A DNA stretch of 64,000 nucleotides from Chrysomallon squamiferum (lineage: Eukaryota; Animalia; Mollusca), in NCBI GenBank assembly GCA_012295275.1, contig CM022679.1, forward strand, positions 2,542,001 through 2,606,000, given 5' to 3'. Both the position numbers and the translations under genes were made by a program. Positions within the stretch are counted from its first letter, which is position 1, and each line of letters opens with the position of its first letter. Under the pieces are notes generated by a model that worked only from the letters and a program-made list of their open reading frames with translations, did not search any database and was not told the origin of the DNA. This document shows, in pieces, positions 51,992 to 63,518 of the stretch.

Positions 51992-52192
51992 TGACGTATA
52001 TTTCCAGTTCAAACATTTTCACTGGATATCTGAGGAGGATCGTGCAGAACGAATTTCATGAATGGTCACGTGATTAATTTTTACAATATAAATAAGTGAA
52101 ATTTCATCGTGTAGTCACTTCATCGTCTTCCAGTGTTTGGTTTTTTTTTTTTGTCAGTTTTTCTGAAGGGTTGGAGGAATTATTTTGTTCAA
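51992..52192 (+). promoter_or_regulatory. Core promoter and non-coding first exon of the peptide/EF-hand gene
   Basis: TATAAATA at 52087-52094, Inr-like TCACTT at about 52115, E-box GTCACGTGAT at 52065-52074, CRE-like TGACGTA at 51992-51998, and a splice donor gtaagt at 52193. Confidence 0.6.
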
Positions 52193-52287
52193 GTAAGTAT
52201 TTTTATTTCTTTAATATTAATTCGTTTACATTTAATATCAATGTAAAGAACTGAAATAACAATGAAAAATTACTATTTTTACAGAAA

Positions 52288-52942
52288 ATGAAGACCACAT
52301 ATTTCTTGCTAGTTCTGTTGACCTTGACCTTGGTTCCTGAAAACGTGGACGGCTGGTTCTTCCGATCCGTGCGAAGAATTCGCGTCAGTCCGTATCACAC
52401 ACTTGGTTGTATGGCGGCCTGTAAGTGGGCCAGGAGCTGGGCATGCAAGGTGTGCAAGAGGAAGAGAGGACTGGACGTGCGAGCTCCTCCAGCAGAGGTA
52501 TTTACCAAGTATTTGCTTTTCTCGTGTTTAAATTAGAACAATATGTACATGTTCTTTGTAATCGCTATATAATGAAAATGTCGTTTTTGAATTTTCAGGA
52601 TGCTGACGATGTCGCAGCTTTGAAAGAACTGGATCTGAATGGAGATGGTTTTGCTGACCTGCATGAAATCGCTGTAGCATCGGGTCTGAAACCCACAAAC
52701 ATGGTTCAAATGAAAAAATTCCACGCTGCAGATAGCGATGGTGACGGCAAACTGAACGCAGCTGAATTGGACGATTTCAACTTCGTGGATAAAGATGAAC
52801 GTAAGTAACAATTCAAAACGCGTGTAATTTCACATCTGCTAATTCAAAAATCTGAAACTAATAACAAATTTTTCTTGCAGTTGTAGAAGCTGTCGATGAA
52901 GATGGAGCTGACGACGCTGGAAACGATGGCGTCGTAGCTTAA
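52288..52942 (+). CDS. Secreted precursor: signal peptide + cationic Cys/Trp-rich peptide + KRKR + acidic double EF-hand C-terminal domain (157 aa); putative antimicrobial peptide precursor
   Basis: Coding exons 52288-52497, 52599-52800 and 52881-52942 (474 nt, GT-AG, in phase). Protein: MKTTYFLLVLLTLTLVPENVDG / WFFRSVRRIRVSPYHTLGCMAACKWARSWACKVC / KRKR / GLDVRAPPAEDADDVAALKELDLNGDGFADLHEIAVASGLKPTNMVQMKKFHAADSDGDGKLNAAELDDFNFVDKDELVEAVDEDGADDAGNDGVVA. A non-coding first exon ends at 52192 (aa|gtaagt) with the acceptor at 52284; AATAAA at 52976-52981. The gene structure is well supported; the function is inferred. Confidence 0.88.
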
Positions 52943-52975
52943 AATAGTAATTTGTAAACTGGGATGAAAAGGTTT

Positions 52976-52981
52976 AATAAA
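52976..52981 (+). terminator. Polyadenylation signal of the peptide/EF-hand gene
   Basis: AATAAA 33 nt after the TAA stop, followed by T/GT-rich sequence. Confidence 0.55.
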
Positions 52982-55637
52982 AGCTACTAAAATTATTACT
53001 CGTTTGTCATTTATATTTGTAATTTTAAAAGTAAAACGTACAAATGTTCAACTGATCACTAAACATTAGTATCAACGCTACTCGCCTAATCCACTGAAAC
53101 TTCATTTGTCCTGTAGAAAAATGTTTACCTTGTATGCCAAAATGACTTCACAAAAATATTTGAATGCTGCAATAAGAAAAAAAGTTAGGCAGAATGAAAA
53201 ACGTTTCATCAAAATTAAACGTGTACATTGTATATAGCGAAAGATCATAAGGATGTCAACTGGTTTTATTTCTATTCAACTCGGAATTTTGGACAATTTG
53301 AAATGAACAGCATTTTCAAATGGATTTCAACTTCATATATGCGAAACGTAGGGTGTAGTAATTAAACAAAATTAATTTAGAAGAGTTGTTGATGGTGATA
53401 TTTTGCTTGTGTGGGTGGGTCCGTTTAAATCCATTATCATAAAACTTATTTTGGTCGTATACTATAAATTGACCACACATCTACTAATAGCCGACAGCAG
53501 ATGGAAACTGGTTCTGGAGTAGTGAATGCGCCGTTTCGTTATTTGATTTTAATTACATCGTGTTCCTATATACAAATTCATGCATAATTCCATTAATAAG
53601 TATTAAATATTACAACTGAAAATTACACCGTTATCCAAAACTTCTAATACATTTTCAGAACCTCAAATTTAAAAATAAAATAAAAATTTGTATTCTTATT
53701 GGTGTTATTCTGCACTTTGTTTTTTCTTCATCTACTAGTCAATTATATATATTTATATATATATATATATATATATTCATTATATATATTTTTTTTTTTA
53801 TATATATCTCCAACGAAGGTTCGTTCGGCTGATTTCGCTTCAGAATCGGCTCGGCTCGGTGTGGACCCGAACAGAGCTACTGTCCACTCCCAACAGAACT
53901 ACAATTGACTTGTAATGCTCCTAACAATACACAGGATTAATGTCAGCCTGTTTATTACCACTTTTTTCATCGTAAAAGCTGGATGTGATTTATCTGTCAG
54001 TCTGGTGTTCATATCACACTTTGGGGCATTGTCCAGTTCTGCAGTCTCTTTATTTTGAACGAACGGAGAAATACGAAGCCTTTCGTAACAGCCGATTCCG
54101 TGCACTCGTTAATTATCTTGTTTATTGTTTTAATAAAGTCGGGTCAGAACTGAGTGATCCAGTTTCGTGCTTACGAGACGATCCGAATATTAAAAATCTA
54201 ACACATAATTTTAACACTGTGTAATGGTAATAATAATAATAAGTCCTAATTTAAAAAAAATAAATAAATATAAAATATGTTGTAATAGATGAAATTACAC
54301 ACACACACACAATAATAATGGAGGATATGATTAAAACAGTCCTAATTTAAAAAATATAATCATAAATGGATCTTTAATATCATGGCGATGATGTTTTGGC
54401 TCTGGTGCTATATGGAATGAATATATTATTTGTATCGTGTCCAGCAGTGTGAAAACAAGAAACACTTAGCAGTGATGTGAATAATTTATAGAAATAAAGG
54501 CACCATAAAACTTCAAACCTTATCTCATCGCCGGTAATTTGTATCACTCTAACCTGTTACAAACTGGAAAAAAAAAAAAAAAATAATAATAATAATAAAA
54601 AATGATAATAATAATACATTTTTTTTTTTTTTTTTTTTAATTTTGATTTTTCATGTAATTTAATTTCTGTGTTAACAGGGCCCCCCGCCCATCCCACGAA
54701 CCTTTAATGCCCCGCCGCTCCAAGGTCTACATTCAGCTCTGAATGAACGTGCTGGAGGAAATTGCGAATAAGAATAAAAATAATGGCGCCTAACGTGCGC
54801 CGAGTAATAATAATTACGATACATGAATAAAAGCGATTATTTTGTTGTTGTTGTTGTTTGTTGTTGTCTGTTTGTTCGATTGTTTGTTTGTTTACAGCAG
54901 ATATGATGTCAAATTACATCAAAGACAATGGCGACTCGTGAAACACGTGACATTTTAACTGAATATAAAGAAATATTAAAACACTGAGATTTGCTTTGCC
55001 TGACTAATTAATTGGTATAATTATACGTGGTTACAATAATTAGTCCGAAAGAGATAAAGTGCTTTTAAATTATTTTACTATTTCCATCAAACACCATATC
55101 TCTTAAAAATTATCTAGTATGATGAAATTTTGTAAAAAGAAAAAGGTAATGACGTCATTTCGTTGATAAAGGTCTGATTACCAGCTGTTGTGGGAAAAAA
55201 CAGATATGTGGTCCGGATTTAAAAGAAATTAAACTGTAGACAATTTGTTCAGCCTACTTGGAAGTTGTTTGAAACTTGACTCTCCAATTATGAACTTCTT
55301 TAACCTGTTCAAATTTCAGCAACATTTATAAACATCAATCTCTTTGGTGTTTTTCAGTGTCTGTGACATTTTTATTTCATTTTGAGACGCTTAAAAAATG
55401 TCAGTCTAATGTAAAAATTCTGCAATGTTATAGTGATGAAGCCACTGAGACATAGTAATTTTCTGTGACAACAACTCGAGTTAATAAATTATTGAAACAA
55501 CAGACTATTTTTGTGTTCATTTTTAACAACAGTTTGAAGCAACTTCATGTTTCCTGTCGATCAAGAATGGAAGATGGAAACCTTGCTTTTGACACAAACA
55601 CGTCTACTTAATCGTTCTCTTTCTCTCTATATCTCCG

Positions 55638-55639
<2 letters not shown>

Positions 55640-55710
<71 letters not shown>

Positions 55711-55817
55711 ATATATCTCTCTCTCTCTCTCTCTCTCTCGCTCGCTCGCTCTCTGTTTCTTTCTCTCTTTCTCAGTCTCTTTTTCTCTCACTCTCAGATT
55801 GTTTTTCTGTTTCTCTC

Positions 55818-55883
<66 letters not shown>
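55640..55883. repeat. (CT)n and (AC)n microsatellites
   Basis: Directly visible. Confidence 0.95.
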
Positions 55884-55887
<4 letters not shown>

Positions 55888-56834
55888 AAACTATTAAATA
55901 TATGCTATAAAAGCTCAGACAATATTTATTTTCAAATGATGTATACTCAGGCACAACCAAACACACTCGCAGAAAAATATTCTGACATTCAATGAAAATT
56001 CCCGCTATTAACTTACGCCGGAATAATAAAAACAGAAGACTACGTTTACTTCGAAACAGTACGTCCATTCCCGAGGGGACCATTTAAGGAACAAAGGATA
56101 ACAGTACTGTTTATCGTCGGTAAAAGGATTGCTAGCTAAAAGTGACAAACAGAAAAACATGATTCGCTGAGATCAAAGCGTTAATCATTTATGAAAAGAT
56201 TATATTTGATTGGATATATTTTACAATTTATACTTGTAAAGATTAGTTGATTGCTGTTAATGTGTTTGATACATATTCTTCAGTTGACTGGATATATAGA
56301 TCGGAACGTTACAAAATTGTCATCAACATAAAATACAATTTTAATTGTCGTCTGCTCGTACGATTATACCTTTATGGTGGACGGAGAAAAATCGTTTAAT
56401 TATTATTTAATGTAATGAATACGTCTTGCAATCATATAAAGATTCGAAGGTTGTGATGAATATAAATAACAGATTTTATCGTTACATGTTGTTCAGTTCG
56501 TAGATTACTGTAAAGTAACACAAGTGTTGTGTTTTTTTCTCGTTCGTTCAAAGCGTTTTATCACGCGGCTGTTTTGTGCGTGGATTTACATCTAGGAGTG
56601 GTTTTTATCAAACAGTTTGTCTTTTGACGTATTTTCCTCCTTCTTATCTCTCACTGGTGAACAACTGATTGTGCTTACACTTCGCGTTGTGATATTACAT
56701 CAGAGATTTACCTAGCTATAATACTTAACACAGTTTGTGAATGTAGTTTTACTCAAGTTTTGTTATGGATGTTCTACGCATCCATGGACTAACGCGGACG
56801 TCTAGTCGGTCGTTCAAATGATTCACGTTTTGTG

Positions 56835-56972
56835 TGGACCTGGATGTTCTGTTTTCTAAATAATCCATGTTCTGAATGGACCTGGATGTTCTGTTTTCTA
56901 AATAATCCATGTTCTGAATGGACCTGGATGTTCTGTTTTCTAAATAATCCATGTTCTGAATGGACCTGGATG
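56835..56972. repeat. Minisatellite, 42-bp unit x3.3
   Basis: tggacctggatgttctgttttctaaataatccatgttctgaa, perfect copies. Confidence 0.95.
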
Positions 56973-57202
56973 CTCTGTGTTTTAAATACATTCTGTGTTC
57001 AGTTTAATTAATCCGATGTTGTATATATATATTTTTTGTTTTGGTTTAATTAAGGAGGATGTTCCACTGTGTATTTAATTAACCCGGATCTTTCGTGTTC
57101 AGTTAATCTGGATGTTCCATTTTCTGTTTCATTAACAGTCGAACGATTATTTTGTGTTAAATTAATATAAATTTTTTAATTTTAATATTTTTAAAATTGT
57201 TC

Positions 57203-57249
<47 letters not shown>

Positions 57250-57627
57250 GGTTCTTTATTATTTTTAGTTAGCCTGGATATTCTGTGATATACTTAGTGC
57301 ACCTGGATGGTCCGATTAGAGTTTGTGTGAATGAATCTGGAAATTCTCTGTTTACCTGGATGTCCTGTTTTATAAGTACAAGGTAACTGAACTTTCTGTT
57401 TGGCTTCACTGTAAACACGTAGTAGTACTGGAATAACGAGGTATTCCGTGACCTGATATTGAGATACTGTACTAGTAATCAGAACACACTGTGTTATTAA
57501 TTCTGAAAATCTCCATTGTTTACACACAGGAAGAGGAGAGAACAGGGAAAGCCGCAACTTACCGAGCTGTGAACAATATCTGTGATATATTTAATATTTG
57601 GTTTAACTGACTAAACAGTTCAGTGTT

Positions 57628-58000
57628 TGTGAATATATAGTTATAGTGAAAATACAATTATAGTGAATATACAGTTATAGTGGATATAAATTTATTGTGA
57701 CTATGCTTTTACAGTGAATATACAGTTATAGTGAATATACTGTTATAGTGAATATACAGTTAAAGTGAACATACCGTTACAGTGAATATACATTTATTGT
57801 GAAATAAAATCATAGTGGATGTTATTGTGAATATACAGTTATAACGAATATACAGTTATTATGAATATACAGCTGGATTGAACAAACAGCCAAAGTGAAT
57901 ATTAATCTGTAGTGGTTATACAGTTGTTATGAATATACAGTTATAGTAAATATAAACATATTGTGAATGTACTGTTATAATGAATAAACACTTGTTGTGA
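57628..58000. repeat. Degenerate 17-bp minisatellite upstream of the GPCR
   Basis: ttatagtgaatatacag units that decay rightwards. Confidence 0.8.
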
Positions 58001-58922
58001 ATATTAATTTCTGCTGACTAAAAGTTTCTGTCAATGTAGGTCTACAGTCCTACTGAATGTGCCATTCAGATTAATATATAATTATGGCCAATGTGAATAT
58101 ACATTTCTGATGACTCTGCAACTGAAGCAAATATGCAGCTTTCGTGAGTATGCATTTATTATGAATACGGTGACGATGCAGTGAATATTTACTTGTGGTG
58201 AACATACAGTATTCATTTATGGTCAGTATTCAAATACGTTTATTAAAAAACCTATTGTATCTATTCAGTTGCTTTGATGGTTACAATGACTACTTACTTA
58301 CAGTGACTCGGAGTTGCATTTAATAATAAATAATCTCTATGCGTCTACATTTGAATGACTATACAGTTACAAATAATATACAACTGAATGCCTCTACTGT
58401 TGGTGTCTGTAAAGTTAGAGAAAGAACATTTAGTGAGAATATTGCAGCTGGAGTGAACATAGATTTCTAGTGATTGCACTGTTATGGTGAATACACTTTT
58501 TGGTGACAGCAGAGTTACGGAAATAACATTTACTGAGAATATACACTAACACTGAACACAGAGTTCTGGTAATTGTATTTGTTAATTTAAAAGCTTGAAC
58601 TTTACGATGTGTATTTTTGATGAAGACTGTTTTAATGAATAGATAACAAGTAATTCCGAAGAACGAACGAATACAACGATTGTGATGAATATGAAATTAT
58701 TAGATTAAAGCTTTATGTGATTAAATATTTATGAAGATGCTCTATACAGAAATCAGCTCACTAATGGAACAACGTTAATAAGCGTTAACGACATTAATAG
58801 TGGCAGCCTTTTATGTGTAATATGATAATGAGTAATAGATTATTAAGTTAATCTTTTTTCTCCGACATTGTTATCTTTATCAAATTTGTGTAATAATAAT
58901 AGCACTAGTAGTAGTAGTAGTA

Positions 58923-58980
<58 letters not shown>

Positions 58981-59193
58981 ACTTGCTAATAGTTATTACA
59001 AGGACAACAACAGCAGCAACAACAACTTCTACTTCTATTCCACTACTACGGCTACATCCACTAATCCTGCTATTATTACCATTAGCACTACAACTACATC
59101 ACCGACAACCACTATTATTACTACTATTCGTAGTAATAATAATAAGAAGAACAAAACTAATAACGACGACGACGACGACAACATCTTTGCACC

Positions 59194-59683
59194 ATGAATA
59201 CGACAATAGTGTGCATCCCGGGTGCCTCTGTGCCTCTGACGAGCAGAAAGATCATCTTGCTGGACTTCCTGTCCCCAGTGGAACGTCACATCGTGCACCA
59301 GCCGTGGGAAATCGCGCTCAAAATCATCTTCTACCTCATCGCGCTGCTTGTCGACGTCGTGGGCAACACCGTCGTCATCCTGATAATAGCGCTGAACAAG
59401 AAGATGAGGACGACGACGAACCTGCTGATACTGAACCTGGCGGTGTCTGACCTGCTCGTTGGGATTTTCTGCATGTGGATCCACGCGGGGAATCAGATCA
59501 CGACGGAGTGGCCGTTCGGAAATTTTGGTTGCAAATTCAACGTCTTCATTCAAGGTTTGTTGGTTGAGTAAATACGATTGTTAGTGTTTTTGTTTTTGTT
59601 GTTGTTGTTGTTGTTGTTGTTTTATTAATGAGTTTTTCTATTACGTCAGTTTATATATATAATATTAATATATTTTCGTTACA

Positions 59684-59714
<31 letters not shown>

Positions 59715-61967
59715 AATAATTAAATAAAAAAAAAGGTTTTACTCTTGCTACATTTAGAATCTTTATTCATATCGTTTTCTCATTTTACTCGGTTGCAAGA
59801 ATAAAATGATAAACTACAATGTATCTTAAATGTTATTATAATTTAAAAAATGTATCTCTCTCTCTCTCTCTCTCTCACGCAGTACTTGTATTAATCTCCA
59901 GTGTACTGACCTTGACCTTCATCTCCGTGGAGCGTTTTATAGTCGTGGTGTTTCCTTTCAAAGCGAAATGGACTCCTGCGACCACGGGTCTGGTGATTCT
60001 GTGCATCTGGGTGGTTTCGTTCAGCGTGGCCTGTCCGCAGCTCGTTGTCAGGCAAGTGTTCGAGGTCCTGTGGAAAGATAGACACCAGATCTGGTGTCAG
60101 CAGGTCTGGAAGAGTGTCTACAAAGACAGACACTGCACAATATACCAGCCCGGCAAAATAGCTTACTACAGCATCCAGGGCATCCTCATGTTCTTTTTCC
60201 CCGTCGCCGTCATGATAGGAGCGTACACCATCATCATCGTGAAGCTGGTGGCGAGGAAAACCCCGGGGACACACGTCACCAACGCAACGACGAGTCAAGA
60301 AAAATCGAAACGAAAAGTTTTAGTTTTGTTTCGTTTCTCTCACACGTGTCCCTCTGTTCTTTCTTCTCTCTCCTGAAGTTATGTCCATCTATATGTCTGT
60401 CTGTCTGTTTTTCTAAGTATCTGTGTATGTTTCAATATCTCTTTCTTTCTTTCTGTTTTAGAGGTATGTATTTTTCTTTTTATGTACGTACGTACGTTTG
60501 TATGTATGTATACATGTATGTTTGTATATATATATATATATCTGTCTATCTGTCTTTCTGTAACTTTCTGTCTATGTGTGTATATAATGTATGTACGTAT
60601 GTAGTATGTCTGTGTGTGTATATGTGTATAGAAAAAACATTGAATATATATATATATATATTTATAATTAATATTTTTTCTATACGACATACGTACTTGA
60701 ACCAGTCTGTAACAGACATAATCTACGTTCGTGTGAAGTAAAGGTTTTTGGTTTTTTTTAGACTGAATAAAATTTACCTGTCCAGCAACAAAATAAGGTT
60801 TAACTACTTTCTCTGTGCTTGCATCTGCTGCGTCCATAACAGTGCAAAACGTGCTGTTTTCACCACCATAAATAACAGCAGCTGTAAGATTGAACACAGA
60901 TCTGTAATTAAGCTTCTGTTTCTCTGCTTGACAGGAACACGCCATCTGACTGAGACCATATTGTGTTTTTAATTAACAGATTATTAAAATGATGATTGCT
61001 GTCGTCGTAGTGTTTGTGTTGTGCTGGACGCCACAGCAAGTTCTGCTTTTCTGGAACACGTACCGACCCAAAGGAACAAAGGTAACAACAACAACAACAT
61101 CAACAATAATAATAATAGCAACAAAAAACAATAACAATAATAATAATAATAATAGTAATAGCCTACAGATAGCGAATAAATTATTATTTGTCAAATTTGG
61201 TTTTTGATTCTTTTATTTTCGATCTGAATTACTTAATTTGATCTAATACTACAAAATGATAAATTAAAAAAAAAAAAAAAAAAAAAGTGAAAGAAAGAAA
61301 AAACAATTTATTTTTTTTTTTTTTTTTTGGTTTCAGTTGGAAAGCTACATGGACGTGGTTTCCTACATCGCCCTCTACGTTGCCTTCCTCAACAGCGCCA
61401 TCAATCCTATACTGTACGGCGGATTCAACGAAAACTTTAGACGTGGCTTTTCCGACGCTTTTCGCTGTCTTTTAATAAAACAAAGAAATCAGGTTGTGCC
61501 TGGTAAGTATGCTAAATCAGACATACTTAATTTTATTTTCAAAAAAAAAATACCAAAAAATAGTTGAGAGATATCCTGTATAATGAAAAAGTTATGTTTC
61601 GAAATTTATTTTAGTAATAATAAGATAAAATAAATAAATTGATTTCAGTTTTATGTGCAAAACCATAGTTGCCATTTCATTTAATTTAAGTTTAGCGTTT
61701 ACATAAATATGCAACAACATTAAGTCATTGTTTTATCATTATTATAATAAAAATAATATCCATAACAACAACAATAATAACAACAATGACAACAACAATA
61801 ATACTAATAATAATTATTATCATCGTCGTTATCAAATTCATCAAAATAATCATGTTGTGGTTGTTGTTATTGTCTATTATTACATTCTTTTTAAGATAAT
61901 TCTAATCAACAACATTCGTTGAAACCTAGAACTCTCCACCATTCAGGTTAGTTAGTTAGTTAGTTAC

Positions 61968-62048
<81 letters not shown>

Positions 62049-62325
62049 TATTACTACTGTTGTTGTTGTTGTTGTTGCTGTTATTATTTTATTAGCTGCA
62101 TGATATGGTTTTCAATATAATGTCTTATTATGAACGGATCTCTTACGTAATTCAAGGGAACTCTGTATTGTTTATTTTTGTTAATAAAATAATAACTTTA
62201 TTCTAGTAAATCATCACGTGGATGCTGTTCAAGAAGTCAAGGTAGAAACAATCACCGCCCCTTCCACGTCAGCTTTTCAAAATAAAGACCAAACCTGCAG
62301 TGATGTTTACCAAGCGTCTGTATGA
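59194..62325 (+). CDS. Rhodopsin-class (class A) neuropeptide-receptor-like GPCR (tachykinin/NPFF/QRFP receptor-like, ligand unknown), about 410 aa
   Basis: Exons 59194-59554, 59883-60316, 60980-61081, 61337-61502, probable 61896-61946, and 62207-62325. Motifs: N-terminal sequon NTT, TM1 GN, KKMRTTTN-LILNLAVSD (TM2), WPFG.FGCK, ERF (DRY equivalent), FFFP (TM5), FVLCWTP (TM6), NSAINPILY (TM7), FNENFRRGF (helix 8). The last two exons are less certain. Confidence 0.9.
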
Positions 62326-63138
62326 CAGAGATGCTCAGGAACTCAGAGCAGGATTTACAAACAAAAAACAAACACACCACCTACCGCTAGAGCAGGGCTT
62401 ATTTTGTGCAAATATTAGTTTTGCACTTGGAAGAAAACATATGAATGCTCAGTCGGAAACGAAATTAGGGAACTCAGTTGACGGATTTATTCCCAAGATG
62501 ATCTGGAACGAAGGAAATTAGCGATGTTTTTTAAAAGATTTGAAACATTTTTTTTACAGTACAGTGAGAAAGTTCAAGGACGTTTGATATCGGGCACATA
62601 ACTTGGTAGTCAGGACTTGATAGATAAAAGTGAGAGTGTAATAGTGATCAAATTTCTCTGGTTAGCACTGGTTAGAGCAGATGCTAAGATGATGTCTGAG
62701 TACTATCAACTGGAGATTTCTAAACAATAGATTATTACGACTAACTCCACACTTGAGTCCAGATAATCGGCTGTTATTAAGAACTTCATAAAAAGAAAAA
62801 GAAAAAAAAAAAAGACTGAAAAAATAAAAGTCATTATTGTATGAGCATAACTGTTATTCTTCTGTATGTATTTTTATATTGAATGGATGAGTTGTTATTC
62901 GTTTATTGATGCCACAATTCATTAACTTATTAAGTATCGGCCTAATATGGTTGTTTAATTGAATTCCACTTTTATTGGGATATTTTCCGTATAGTTTAAC
63001 GCAGATGGAAAAGCTTATACCACGACCTTTTGACATAAATTATACTTTGAAATACAAAAACTTCTGTTTGTTAATGTCTTCATAAAGCGTTTGGTAACTA
63101 ATCGTTCGCAGATGCATTAAACAAAAATATATTTACAG

Positions 63139-63518
63139 CAGTGATTCCCAACGTGGGGTGCAAATTGAAAGGGATATAAAACGACCAAACTTCCAGTTAC
63201 ACTTTTATTCTGCGACGGACGCGCCCGCTGACCTGTCAGAAAGCGTGCCCGTCGCAGACGTGCTTCACAACAGCTTGCTCTGATTAGCACGTTAATTTTT
63301 TTCCTATTCCTATTCCTAGTTATACTTTGTCTACATATGTTATCGTGTGTCTGGCAGCACCTACGAGCAGTATGTTTAGACTTTGTTTAATTAAAGGATT
63401 TCTACTTTATATTACAGTAATTACACTTTTACAAAACTCAGTTTGCTTTAATATCAAAGGGGGACATAATATTTTTTGGATGCTGAGGGCACAGAGCAAA
63501 AAAGGTTGGGAACCACTG
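63139..63518. mobile_element. Non-autonomous hAT (Charlie-type) DNA transposon / MITE, 380 bp
   Basis: Terminal inverted repeats CAGTGATTCCCAAC (63139-63152) and GTTGGGAACCACTG (63505-63518) match at 13/14. A perfect 8-bp target-site duplication ATTTACAG lies at 63131-63138 and 63519-63526. Confidence 0.9.

Noticed and set aside
52288-52808. Treating the 82-aa peptide ORF and the 127-aa EF-hand ORF as two overlapping genes
   Set aside because: A clean phase-0 GT-AG intron (52498-52598) joins them into one protein.
56749-56991. Minus-strand ORF with 14-aa repeats
   Set aside because: Translation of the 42-bp minisatellite.
58868-59193. Poly-N/T/D ORFs as an N-terminal extension of the GPCR
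   Set aside because: They are in other frames; in-frame TAA codons lie shortly upstream of ATG 59194, which has a good Kozak context (gcaccATG).
61930-61946. 17-nt GPCR micro-exon giving an early stop (ELSTIQ*)
   Set aside because: Poor pyrimidine tract; the 51-nt in-frame version from 61896 fits better.
52288-62325. The secreted peptide as ligand of the neighbouring GPCR, forming a secretion-ligand-receptor cluster with BAIAP3
   Set aside because: Only adjacency supports it. The peptide lacks a Gly amidation signal or repeated neuropeptide motifs, and animal ligand and receptor genes are rarely linked.
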